Positions 9,534-19,012 of a stretch of 64,000 nucleotides of DNA are shown here, piece by piece. The notes beneath the pieces are model-generated. The model was not told where the DNA came from. It made no database searches and saw only the letters and a list, made by a program, of their open reading frames with translations. Positions within the stretch are counted from its first letter, which is position 1. Every line of letters begins with the position of its first letter. Source of the stretch: a virus. The DNA lies in the IMG/VR virus record IMGVR_UViG_3300044846_003365, positions 15,719 through 79,718 of that record; one strand, 5' to 3'. Position numbers and translations under genes: made by a program.

Positions 9534-12500
9534 TTACCTAACCGTATCCATCAATATTTGCTTTATTTCTTCCATTGTGTTGAGGTTGGCGTCATAATAA
9601 GAAGCCCTCTCAATACCATTTGCATCCTTATAAGCCATCTTATACAAGACAGAGCCGTCTGGCATAGTGACAGACTCTATGTAGCCAGCAGAAGAAGCCT
9701 TTAGCTCATCGCTAGTCTTGCCTTGAGCGCCTAGGTAGGCCACGCCGTCTGAACCTTCTTGCCACTTAAGTTGCTGAGGCTTCTTACCAGATACTGGCTT
9801 TTGTACAGCGTTACCTAATGAATCTACTGGTAGCGGAGCACTTCCGTCTGAGCGAGCCAAGACCTCTAGGTTCTTAGTAGTGATTCTTCTAGAACCTCCA
9901 CTAGTACCTGGGAATCTAACGTAGACGACATCTTCGTAAGAGTAAGTTCCACTATCTCTTTGATAGCTAATTCTTGTTCTCTTTGTGACGTATCCAACCT
10001 TAGTCACACCGTTGAAAGTGTGCCTAACCTTGTCTCCAACTCTAACAATGGTGTTTCCATCGCGGGATGGGTAAGGAACCATGTTTGCGCCCGGAGCTTC
10101 TCGGTTTGCAACTATTCTCTCTACTACATCGTCTAGCTGAGAGCCTCTTAAAGCTGGGTTGTCTCTAAAGTTCTTAATTAGATTGTCAATAAATTCTTGT
10201 CTAGCAGAACCTTCTGGCATCATGCTCATTTGGTTAGCAATGTTCTCAATCAGAGCGTCAACAACACCGTTACCAGTCTTTGGAATACCAGTGTCGCCGA
10301 TAAACTCTGTGGAGTCACGTCCTTCAACGAACCTATTTGGTAGTAGCTGTCCAGTAGCTGGGTCAGTAGCTTCTGACTCTTTGTCAGAGGAGTTGTTGAA
10401 CCAGTTGTTTGGGTTGGTTCCGTTAATTCCACGTCCACTAGTGTTTCCGTTTAGTAGAGCCCTTACCCTAGAAACTGTAACCTCTGGTGAGTGAGACTTG
10501 TCAGTAAATCTACCAACGCTAACGTCTCCTACTTGTTTGCCTTCGGCATCAATCTGGTACTGACGTACATAAGCAACAAAGTCATCATTAGGAGTCTTGT
10601 GAAGAACAACCTCGTACCTGAATACTCTGTTGTCACCTCTAGTCCTGCCTTGGAAGTCTCTGCTAGCAACAAGAATGTCACCATTAGGTAGAACTTGGTG
10701 GCCCTCGAACGCCTGCTTAACAGCGTTAAGAACAATCTGGGGCTGGCCTAGGTTGGCTATCAATCTAGGAGAGTCAACAATTCTTGGGGCAACATCTTCA
10801 ACCTGAGCTGGAACTTCTGGCTCAGGTGGGGTAGTAGTAGTTGGGGCTGGAGCAGTTCCCTCTTCTTGGTTTACAAACTCTGAAGCTCTTCTTAGAGCTT
10901 CTTCTTCAGTTTCGTAAACTTCAGTAGCAGTCGGGTCCAAACTTCTGTCAAAGCCAACTAAGTCATACTTTCCGTTTTCACTGTCAAAAGTAATGGTGAC
11001 CATAGAGTGAGGGATTCCGTCTTCCTCTTCCGAGTGCTCTACTTGAATAGAGTCTTCTTCAGGTCTACGAATTACCAAGAAGCCTTCTGGCATTCCTAGA
11101 GCCTGAGCCTCGTCTAATCTTTCTCTCTGAACCTGAGAAACAAATGGCCTGTCTTCTCCAAGCTTCGGAACACCGTAGTACTCAAGCATCCCATCTCTAC
11201 GGTACTTGAGCGTGTCTAGGGTTCTCTGCCTGTCAACGTCATCTCTAATAATGCTAACTAGCTGTTCTAGAATCTCGTCAGTTAGTGGAGCAACAACTTC
11301 GCTAACATAGCGCTTCATGTCTTCGCTATCTCTGTCAAAGATGTCGTTCTGACCAGATACGCTGTCGTAGTTAGGGAATGGTAGGGCGTAAGGTCCACCT
11401 TCAGCAGTCCTCTTAGAAATATTTAGAATTTCTTCCATAGAAGCTGACTCTGTAAATCCAGCTCCGTAGGCTTCTCTTCTTCCAGAAGGTGTGTAGAACA
11501 TAGCTGAGCCATTGTCTACTCTGTAGACATTTCCATCTCCGCCAACAACCATGTTGTCTGAGTTGAAGTAAGCATCAAAATTGTTCATCAAAAGGTCTAG
11601 GGCTATGCCCTTTCTGAAGGCATCAATTCTTGCTTGGTCTCCAGACTCCATAGCGTCAGCAATGTGAGAAATAATGTTTTCTTGAGAGCGGAATATGAAA
11701 GGCGAAGCTAAGTAATTTTCATCACCGTCAATGGTAGCTCTCCTAATTTCGGAGGCATTAATTCCCATAGTTCTGTAGACAGCTGAAGCAAAAATTTCCA
11801 TGTCAACTTGTCTAGAGAAGTCGTCTCCAAACATAGTGTGGGCAGCTCTCTTAACAACCCAGAAATTGCCTTCAGAGTCTCTGTAAACTCTGACGGGGTT
11901 AGAAGCTTCTGTCACCCCCATAGACTCATTTGAAGCAAGAGTATATGAATCGTCTAGTACCAAAGGCTCAGAGTTTGCAATCGACACAGCTTGACCAACC
12001 CTGCCTTCAGCTTCGTTTACTGGAGCTTCTGGCTCAGGCTTAGCTTCTTCTAGTTCTGTGGTCAAAACTTGCTCTGGGTTGTCCAGTAGTAAGTTATTCT
12101 TTAGCCAGTTTCTAGAAAAATCTAGAGCTTCGGCGTAGCTATCAAACTCTGAACTTTCTCTGAAAGAGTCAGCTCTGTCTCTAGAAAAAACAGCGTATTT
12201 GCCTTCTTCAAATCCGTAGTTAATTTGGATTTCTTGGCCTGATGGCATTGACATTCCAGCAATAAATTCATTCTGTTCAAAGTTAGCTGGGCCACTTGGC
12301 ATGTTGCGAGACGTGTAGGCAAGTTCTCCACCTCTAGGGGTGACTATTCTTCCGCTCTGTACTTTCAATTCATTTGAAGTAAAGCTAAGACCATCTGGCG
12401 TAGCCACTGCTCTAGGTAGCTCATCTAGGCTTCTAATAGGCTCGTTAGTGATTGGGTTAACTGTAGCACCGTTAGCTATGCCAAGAAGCTCGCCGACAGC

Positions 12501-15500
12501 TCTGACTGCATCTTCTTCATTATTGAACCTAGCTCCAAAGTTATCCGCCCCTTCTGGCAACTTTGAGGTGTTAATGCTGTGAGTCAGTCTATAAACTTGA
12601 GCACTAGTTAAGACATCGGTTTCTCTGTCTATTCTAGCTACGCTACTTATGTCTTGAGACCTAACAATGGAAAAAACATCTCCCCTAGTAGAGTTAGCTG
12701 TTCTTCGGATAAAGAATCTTTCACCGTTTATTCCGAGCTGGACTTCTGTAACTTGCGTAGCAGAGGTGTTTACTAGGTCTGGAGTCGAAAGTTGGATTAC
12801 AGGGGCACCAGAGTTAACAATTTGACTTCTGTCTATTTCAGCAATTAGATTTCCAGTTCCAGCAGACCTACGCTGAGCTTCCTGCTCCAACATAATTAAG
12901 GCAATGTTTTTGTCGCTAACAGTTGCGATTGACCGAAGTCTGTCCAGTCCACGGGCGGTTGCTGGCCAAAATACTGGAGTAGCATCTTCTTCATTAGACA
13001 CAGCCAATGTATAAGTGCCGTTATCATTTTCGATGACTCTACCAATTATTGTTCCAGATTCTGAGTCAGTAGGGCTAATTGTTCCTATAAGAGCAATTGT
13101 TCCGTTACTATCTTTATCTTCATAAGTAATTACAGCAAGGTCAGACCTATTGCCACTAGGGAAAGAGTAATCTCTTCTAGTTGCAGCGCCAAGACCTGAT
13201 TCAGACTTAAGGGTTGCTGGCTCTGGAAGGTCTTCAAGTGTCCAAGCTTGTCCATAATTAGATGCTATAGAAGCGTTAAGAAGAGCATCTACATTTTCTC
13301 CCTGCATTTGGAGGGCATCTCTTAGGGCTGCGTGGCCAATCTGTATCTCTTTACCGTCTTGGTATCTAAGGGTTAGAGTCTCGCCAACCGCCGCTGGGAA
13401 TACGGCTCTTGTATAAGCTTTTCTAAGAGTGCTAGTAGAAAAGTTTCTAGCAATAACTCTTGGGTCATCTGAAGCTTCTCCGTTTCTCCACTGTTCTTCT
13501 GTAACAGTAGGAACGTGCTTTTCATTCAAAACTGTTACTAGAGTTGGACTACCGTTACGTCTTATGCCTCTAGGCCTAAGTTCAGTAGTTGGAGCAATTC
13601 GGGCGGTAATGTCTCTAGGGTTGACATCCTCTTCTTGAATTCTACTAGCGCCACCAGCGGTAGCAACTCTAGAAACAGAACCAAAGTCTCCACCTATTTC
13701 TCTCGGAGCTGGAGGAATCTCTGCTTCAACTTCTCTATAAATCTTTTCAATATCTTTAGAGATACCGCTTAAGCCATCTGGACTCTGCTGTAGGTCAAAA
13801 ACATCTAGCTTTATCGGGGTGACATCTTCTAGTGGCCTTACTTCTCTTCTAGAAACTTTGTCAGCGTCAGTAAACTCTTCGGAATCAATCTTGTCAATTA
13901 GCCTAGTTAGGTTGTCGACCAAGTGAGCAGAAGCATCATCCATAACACCTTGTCTAAATCCAACAGTTTGTGGAAAAGGAGTGTTGCCAGCTTCTTGAAT
14001 AGAGTCACGGATAGTTTTTAGCTTTGTTAGGGCTTGTTCCTTGCTAATTCCGCCCTCAAAGGACATTTCCTTAATTACTTCTAAAATATCAAAGTCAGGG
14101 TTAAGAGCTGTGGTCTTGCTTTTTAGGAAGTTTGCATAGACAGAAGGAACAGGTACTTGGTCTTTAGCGCTTGGATTTGTTTTGAATCCATTTCTAAAAA
14201 GCTCAGCGTGTTGTCTTAGCAGACCGTTTAGGTGCCAAACCGGTCCTTCTTGGCCAAAGCTGTCTGAAACACCAAGTGGCTTGTAAAAAGATTCAAAGCT
14301 TCTAACGGTGCTACTAAAGATATCTCTAATTAGTCTCTTAGATTGGTCAACAGGGCCGTCTTGAGTTTTGACCCAGCCTATTTCCTTCCACCATTCAACA
14401 ACCTTGGAGTTTTTTACGTGAAGAAGCTTCTCTACCTGACTTGGGTGGTGCAGAGCTGGGTCGTGACCGTTTACAGCCTTAGAGCTTCTGTTTCCGTCAA
14501 CTAGAAGGTGAAGGCTATGCTGGAATTTACGTCCTGCTCCCTCAATTGCATACTGAGAAGCAAGAGCCATAATTCCTCCAAGACCGTCCCCCTTAGCCTT
14601 GCTGTCATTAACAGTTACATAAGCTGTTGTGACAGGCTTTTTGTTTTTACCGTATCTAGTCTCATAAAAAATCTTTGCGACGCTTCTATTGGTAGTCTCG
14701 TCAAAGTGCCACTTTCCATTTCTGTCACCAAAGTTTTGGAATCCTACAGACGGACCTCTTTTACCGTCTGGACCTATTCTGTATACGTTAAGGATTCTGC
14801 CTTGGTAGGCCCACTCCATTTCATAAGCGGTTCCGCTCTTACCAACAAAAATAGCTCTGAAGTTTCTAATTACCTCTGTGTTTTTGTCTTGAGTGTCGCC
14901 TGGGCCTCTAACAATAGAACTTTCAATAATCTTTAGATTTCTAACCCTGTTATCAATGCCACCAAAAATGTCAGCCTTGTCGCCTCTGAGTTTGATGTCA
15001 GCTAGGAGGTCTGTAACGCGACCTGCGTAAATTCTAGCTAGTAGGTACTGTCTATTAAACTGCTCGACATTGTTGGCCTGTCTAGCATTTGACATACCGA
15101 GAATTGCAGAGTTCTTTCCGCCAATCAAAACTTTTAGAAGTCTAGCTTGGGACTCAGTTAAATTTTCGTAATCAATGTTTTCTGGGGTTCTAAGACCATC
15201 AAAAATGTTAGAATCTATGTTTTCAGGAATCTCTATGTCCTGAACAATCTCGGCTTTAGAGAGAGACGAAGGTTCTACGTCTAAAGCGTCTTGTTTATTC
15301 TTTGTAAAGTTTCTTACGCCAATAAGTCTTGACGCAAGGCTTCCTAAGTTTTCTTCTTCTTCAGAATCTTCTGGCGCACCGAGCTTGTCTCGTAGTGCTC
15401 CAATTTTTTCTACTAAAGAGCGGATTCCTCGCATGACAAGGTTTCCATCTTTTTGCTCTACAGCCGAGTCAATTTCGGAAGTAGCTTCAACAATGTCAGA

Positions 15501-17852
15501 CTTATCTTCAGAAATGTCTACATCTGGACTTCCTAGTACGGAGACGTAATCTCTTACTTCTCCAACAACTTCAGTAGTTTGCTCTCCTAATTCGTCAGTA
15601 AAATCTACTGACTCTTCGGGATGCTCTTCACTAAGTTGTCGTAAATTCGACCCGTCAGTTCTGTTCTCTGGTCCTCCGAGAGGTTCTCCCAGTTCTTTAG
15701 TTCTAGGTCCATCACTACTCTGCTCTCCTGAGAGTCTGGACTCTTCTCTTTGCCTTCTTGCTCTGCCACGGTCTCCTGTACCTCCTGTGTCGATGTAACC
15801 TCTGAATTCAATTCCAAAGATTCCTTGCTGGTTGTTTTCCCTACCCCAAGCCATAGCTCGTTCTAGTTCTGTTTCACTATTCTCGTCGAAAATCTTAGAA
15901 ATGTCAAGTGTGACTTCTCTGTTGTCCTTGTCGTGCCAAAGACCTAGCTTGTTTCCAGAGTTAAATTCCCTGTAATTCCTAGCTATAAAGTCATTTAGGG
16001 CCAGTTTTCCAAGCTCTCTGTCGAAGAAAGCCGTGTCCACTAGCTCTTCGTTTAGCCCACGCAAACCTACGGCAATTCCAGTCTTTAGCGGGGTTCCAGA
16101 GTCAGCCTCAACTGTGCCACCCTCTTCTTTAGAGACTCTCTCAATTAGGTCTTGAGGCTCGCCTACAACTTCTGGCCCAACAGCAGGGGTATTAGTCTTG
16201 GCGTTTTCAACGTCCTGCTTTAGAACGTTGCTTAGACGTCCGTAGAGGTCGTTTTTGTCGCCCTTGGACTTGTCAATTAGGTCACCAAAGTATTCAATGG
16301 AGTCAGCAATACGGCGTGCCTGCTCGGAGCCTTCTCCCCTTGTGGCGTTCCTTAGCTCAGACTCTTCAGTTCCTAGAGCTTCTGCTAGTTCTTTGTAAAC
16401 TCCGTCCCTGTCATTACCGCCTTGGGCATCTGGAGTGGTATCTCCATCGCTTGGGGGAACGTTGTAACCCTCAAGGTCTGAACGTAGTTTCTCAAACTTA
16501 GCCCAAGCTTGGCGCTGGACTGGTCTAGGTAGGTCTACAGACCAAGAAGTGGCTAGGTCGTCTTCAGCATTTCTCCAACCAGCGCTGTTCTCACGTAGCC
16601 AATCAAGAATCTCTGGACCTGGAACGCCTTCATCAATCTTTCTAGCAACGTCGCCCTGCTCGTTGTCGTACCACTGCAACTCACTCTTAAGTCTTTCACG
16701 CTCGTCAATAGCGTCCTGCTTTGAGGTGTCAGGTAGGGAAGCTTCGTACTCTTTACGCTTAGCTTCGAACTCTTCATCTAGCTTTGCTAGTCGAGCGTCA
16801 ACGTCTTCTAGTTGCCCAGGGCTGCCACCAAATCTTCTAATCCTGCTTGCAACCATGTCAAGCTCTGCACGACGTCCAGCAATTTCATTTAGCTGGCGTG
16901 CTAGTTCTACTGAATCTGCTGTTGCAACGCTTGGGGCAGGCTTTACTCCGTCTCTAATGTCGTCGCTTATAGGAACGACTTCAGGACTCTTTGGTCTTAG
17001 TTCTTCTGGAGTTGCTTTTCTAGGGGCTTCGGCTTCTGGTATCTCTGGACGGATGGTTTCGCCAATTTCAAATTTAGGAATTACTTTGACTTTGGCGTTA
17101 TCCGAGTAAACCTTGCGAGTACCATCTGTAAAAGTAGCAATCGGCCCTGAGTCTGAGCTAAAGATGCTCTGAATTTCTTTTTCTTCACCAGTTGGAAGAA
17201 TTACGGTGTCGCCAGGCTTTAGGTCTCTAGCTGTAACTTCTTTAGTTCTGCCTAGAGCTTCTTGAAGAAGTGTGTAGCCCTCTCCTAGGTCTTCTTTGGT
17301 GGCCTCAGTCTCGGCAACAACGTTAGTGCTCTCGTAGCGTGGGGCAGTAGCACGCTTAAACTTAATAGAAGCTTTTTGCTCTGGGGAAAGCTTGCCTTCT
17401 GCAAGCTCTCTGTCAAGGTCGGTGATTTCATTTCTCTTAATAGCAGAGATGTCTTCAATGTCAGTATCAATGACTTCGCCAATTGGGTTTCCGTTGACGT
17501 CGTGTCCAGCCTTAGTAACGCCAGCCTGACGTAGGGCACTTCTAGAAAGCTTGGCCAGAACCTGCTGACCAGATTTCATGTTTACTTCAACAACGTTGTT
17601 GCCAAAGTCTGGGTCGTTTTCCATGAGGATAAGACCATAACCGGGCCTATTTGGGACAGCACCAACGAATCTACCTGTAGCTGTTTTTACATTTCCGCCA
17701 GACTTAAACTTAAAGCTAAAGTCACGGCCCATCTCGACCCAACGGCCAAATCTATCTCTAAGCTGGGTGGCAACATTTGCCCGACGCTCAGCCGAAGTAT
17801 AAGCTGCTACTAATGGAGATAGTGGCTGGGTTTCGTCGATAGGGTCGAACAT
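9534..17852 (-). CDS. Giant polyvalent (probably virion-internal) protein with PI3/4K/HipA-like kinase, GNAT-like and SH3/KOW-like domains
   Basis: 2772 aa, AGGAG RBS; kinase motifs WVVK...EIFASAVYRTMG...DLLMNNFDAYFNSDNM...YRVDNG; KGDGLGG acetyl-CoA-loop-like motif; VRVGDKVRH..VGYV KOW-like C-terminus. Confidence 0.7.
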   Translation of the reverse strand: MFDPIDETQPLSPLVAAYTSAERRANVATQLRDRFGRWVEMGRDFSFKFKSGGNVKTATGRFVGAVPNRPGYGLILMENDPDFGNNVVEVNMKSGQQVLAKLSRSALRQAGVTKAGHDVNGNPIGEVIDTDIEDISAIKRNEITDLDRELAEGKLSPEQKASIKFKRATAPRYESTNVVAETEATKEDLGEGYTLLQEALGRTKEVTARDLKPGDTVILPTGEEKEIQSIFSSDSGPIATFTDGTRKVYSDNAKVKVIPKFEIGETIRPEIPEAEAPRKATPEELRPKSPEVVPISDDIRDGVKPAPSVATADSVELARQLNEIAGRRAELDMVASRIRRFGGSPGQLEDVDARLAKLDEEFEAKRKEYEASLPDTSKQDAIDERERLKSELQWYDNEQGDVARKIDEGVPGPEILDWLRENSAGWRNAEDDLATSWSVDLPRPVQRQAWAKFEKLRSDLEGYNVPPSDGDTTPDAQGGNDRDGVYKELAEALGTEESELRNATRGEGSEQARRIADSIEYFGDLIDKSKGDKNDLYGRLSNVLKQDVENAKTNTPAVGPEVVGEPQDLIERVSKEEGGTVEADSGTPLKTGIAVGLRGLNEELVDTAFFDRELGKLALNDFIARNYREFNSGNKLGLWHDKDNREVTLDISKIFDENSETELERAMAWGRENNQQGIFGIEFRGYIDTGGTGDRGRARRQREESRLSGEQSSDGPRTKELGEPLGGPENRTDGSNLRQLSEEHPEESVDFTDELGEQTTEVVGEVRDYVSVLGSPDVDISEDKSDIVEATSEIDSAVEQKDGNLVMRGIRSLVEKIGALRDKLGAPEDSEEEENLGSLASRLIGVRNFTKNKQDALDVEPSSLSKAEIVQDIEIPENIDSNIFDGLRTPENIDYENLTESQARLLKVLIGGKNSAILGMSNARQANNVEQFNRQYLLARIYAGRVTDLLADIKLRGDKADIFGGIDNRVRNLKIIESSIVRGPGDTQDKNTEVIRNFRAIFVGKSGTAYEMEWAYQGRILNVYRIGPDGKRGPSVGFQNFGDRNGKWHFDETTNRSVAKIFYETRYGKNKKPVTTAYVTVNDSKAKGDGLGGIMALASQYAIEGAGRKFQHSLHLLVDGNRSSKAVNGHDPALHHPSQVEKLLHVKNSKVVEWWKEIGWVKTQDGPVDQSKRLIRDIFSSTVRSFESFYKPLGVSDSFGQEGPVWHLNGLLRQHAELFRNGFKTNPSAKDQVPVPSVYANFLKSKTTALNPDFDILEVIKEMSFEGGISKEQALTKLKTIRDSIQEAGNTPFPQTVGFRQGVMDDASAHLVDNLTRLIDKIDSEEFTDADKVSRREVRPLEDVTPIKLDVFDLQQSPDGLSGISKDIEKIYREVEAEIPPAPREIGGDFGSVSRVATAGGASRIQEEDVNPRDITARIAPTTELRPRGIRRNGSPTLVTVLNEKHVPTVTEEQWRNGEASDDPRVIARNFSTSTLRKAYTRAVFPAAVGETLTLRYQDGKEIQIGHAALRDALQMQGENVDALLNASIASNYGQAWTLEDLPEPATLKSESGLGAATRRDYSFPSGNRSDLAVITYEDKDSNGTIALIGTISPTDSESGTIIGRVIENDNGTYTLAVSNEEDATPVFWPATARGLDRLRSIATVSDKNIALIMLEQEAQRRSAGTGNLIAEIDRSQIVNSGAPVIQLSTPDLVNTSATQVTEVQLGINGERFFIRRTANSTRGDVFSIVRSQDISSVARIDRETDVLTSAQVYRLTHSINTSKLPEGADNFGARFNNEEDAVRAVGELLGIANGATVNPITNEPIRSLDELPRAVATPDGLSFTSNELKVQSGRIVTPRGGELAYTSRNMPSGPANFEQNEFIAGMSMPSGQEIQINYGFEEGKYAVFSRDRADSFRESSEFDSYAEALDFSRNWLKNNLLLDNPEQVLTTELEEAKPEPEAPVNEAEGRVGQAVSIANSEPLVLDDSYTLASNESMGVTEASNPVRVYRDSEGNFWVVKRAAHTMFGDDFSRQVDMEIFASAVYRTMGINASEIRRATIDGDENYLASPFIFRSQENIISHIADAMESGDQARIDAFRKGIALDLLMNNFDAYFNSDNMVVGGDGNVYRVDNGSAMFYTPSGRREAYGAGFTESASMEEILNISKRTAEGGPYALPFPNYDSVSGQNDIFDRDSEDMKRYVSEVVAPLTDEILEQLVSIIRDDVDRQRTLDTLKYRRDGMLEYYGVPKLGEDRPFVSQVQRERLDEAQALGMPEGFLVIRRPEEDSIQVEHSEEEDGIPHSMVTITFDSENGKYDLVGFDRSLDPTATEVYETEEEALRRASEFVNQEEGTAPAPTTTTPPEPEVPAQVEDVAPRIVDSPRLIANLGQPQIVLNAVKQAFEGHQVLPNGDILVASRDFQGRTRGDNRVFRYEVVLHKTPNDDFVAYVRQYQIDAEGKQVGDVSVGRFTDKSHSPEVTVSRVRALLNGNTSGRGINGTNPNNWFNNSSDKESEATDPATGQLLPNRFVEGRDSTEFIGDTGIPKTGNGVVDALIENIANQMSMMPEGSARQEFIDNLIKNFRDNPALRGSQLDDVVERIVANREAPGANMVPYPSRDGNTIVRVGDKVRHTFNGVTKVGYVTKRTRISYQRDSGTYSYEDVVYVRFPGTSGGSRRITTKNLEVLARSDGSAPLPVDSLGNAVQKPVSGKKPQQLKWQEGSDGVAYLGAQGKTSDELKASSAGYIESVTMPDGSVLYKMAYKDANGIERASYYDANLNTMEEIKQILMDTVR

Positions 17853-17925
17853 TAAAACGTCTCCTAATGGAAAATTTAAGCTTATACTTTGCTTAAATCA
17901 GTATAGCAAAGATGCTTTTAGTCTA

Positions 17926-18477
17926 TTAGATAAGGTCTAAAAGCGTTTCAACGGGCTTTTGAGTTTTGATAGAAGAAAGTCGCTGACCGACATAAGCTCT
18001 TTCAACAGAACCTTCTTCAGTTTTTAGTGCAGAGGCAATCATTGGACGTAGCTCTTCTGGAATTCTTGGGTCAGAAGAGCGCCACTCAATAGAAGCAAGT
18101 AGAACTTCTTCTTCTGAGTGCTCGTCGTTCTTAGTACTGAGTGGGTGGCCTAGTGGCAAATACTTAGCGTTATCTTCATTGATTTTAAAGTCCTCGCCAA
18201 AAATGGCAACGTTAACAAAATCGTTTAGTTCTTTAAAAGCAAGTAGCTTTTGGTATTCCTTATCAGCAAAGATGTTCTTAAGAATGGCGCTCTCAACAAT
18301 TGTGTAAGCCGTGACTGGGTCAACGGACCTAATCTCAGATACGCCCCTATTAGCAGAGGCAATTAGCTCGGAAATAGCCTTACCAAAGTCTAGTTCGTTG
18401 TTGTTAAATAGAGGATTTTCTACAAGCTCGTTAATTTCTGAAGCGTAGCTGTCTTCCTCGTGTGATACCTGCTCCAT
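17926..18477 (-). CDS. Hypothetical protein (LPxGHP motif)
   Basis: 183-aa ORF with AGGAG RBS in the head module. Confidence 0.7.
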   Translation of the reverse strand: MEQVSHEEDSYASEINELVENPLFNNNELDFGKAISELIASANRGVSEIRSVDPVTAYTIVESAILKNIFADKEYQKLLAFKELNDFVNVAIFGEDFKINEDNAKYLPLGHPLSTKNDEHSEEEVLLASIEWRSSDPRIPEELRPMIASALKTEEGSVERAYVGQRLSSIKTQKPVETLLDLI

Positions 18478-18505
18478 AAAAACTCCTTTTTGCTGACTAC
18501 TTGTC

Positions 18506-19012
18506 TTAGTAGTCTGACATGTACTCTGAAGCCATCTCGTTTAAAGAGATTTCAGAAATAGAAGTCTTGTCAGCGCCAATGATGGTGCCCAACTGCCAGT
18601 GGTACTTAGTGTGCACATCTACACGTCCAGCTAGGAAGTCTGCAACGCCCTGCTCATTAAGTTCGCTAGCCATAGCAAAAGCTTCTAGTAGGCAACGAAC
18701 CAAATTAGCATTTAGGTTGTAAAGCTCACGGCTCTGGTCAATGGGGTCAGATGACGTAGGGTTTGGCTCCATAGAAGCCATAGAAACGTAGTCAGACAAT
18801 GTAACTGGTGCATCGAAGCCAAGCTTGCGAATGTTCTCGCCTAGTGGGTCGATAGCTGATTCTGCATCTTCGTATAGCTCGCCAAAGAAGTCGTGGAACT
18901 GAATAAACTGTGGTCCCTTGACATTCCAATGGAAGCCCTGTGAAGCAAACTTGTAAGTTACAAGGTCGCTAAGAATTACAGAAAGCTTAGAAGCTAGCAT
19001 TTCCTTGCTCAT
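18506..19012 (-). CDS. dps: Dps-family ferritin-like protein
   Basis: FHWNVKGPQFIQFHDFFGELYE...IDPLGENIRKLG Dps signature; start overlaps the portal stop (TAATG). Confidence 0.9.
   Translation of the reverse strand: MSKEMLASKLSVILSDLVTYKFASQGFHWNVKGPQFIQFHDFFGELYEDAESAIDPLGENIRKLGFDAPVTLSDYVSMASMEPNPTSSDPIDQSRELYNLNANLVRCLLEAFAMASELNEQGVADFLAGRVDVHTKYHWQLGTIIGADKTSISEISLNEMASEYMSDY

Noticed and set aside
17100-17240. ARDLKPGDTV as an intein/Hint motif
   Set aside because: No N-terminal Cys/Ser block or C-terminal HN motif; more consistent with an SH3/KOW-like module.
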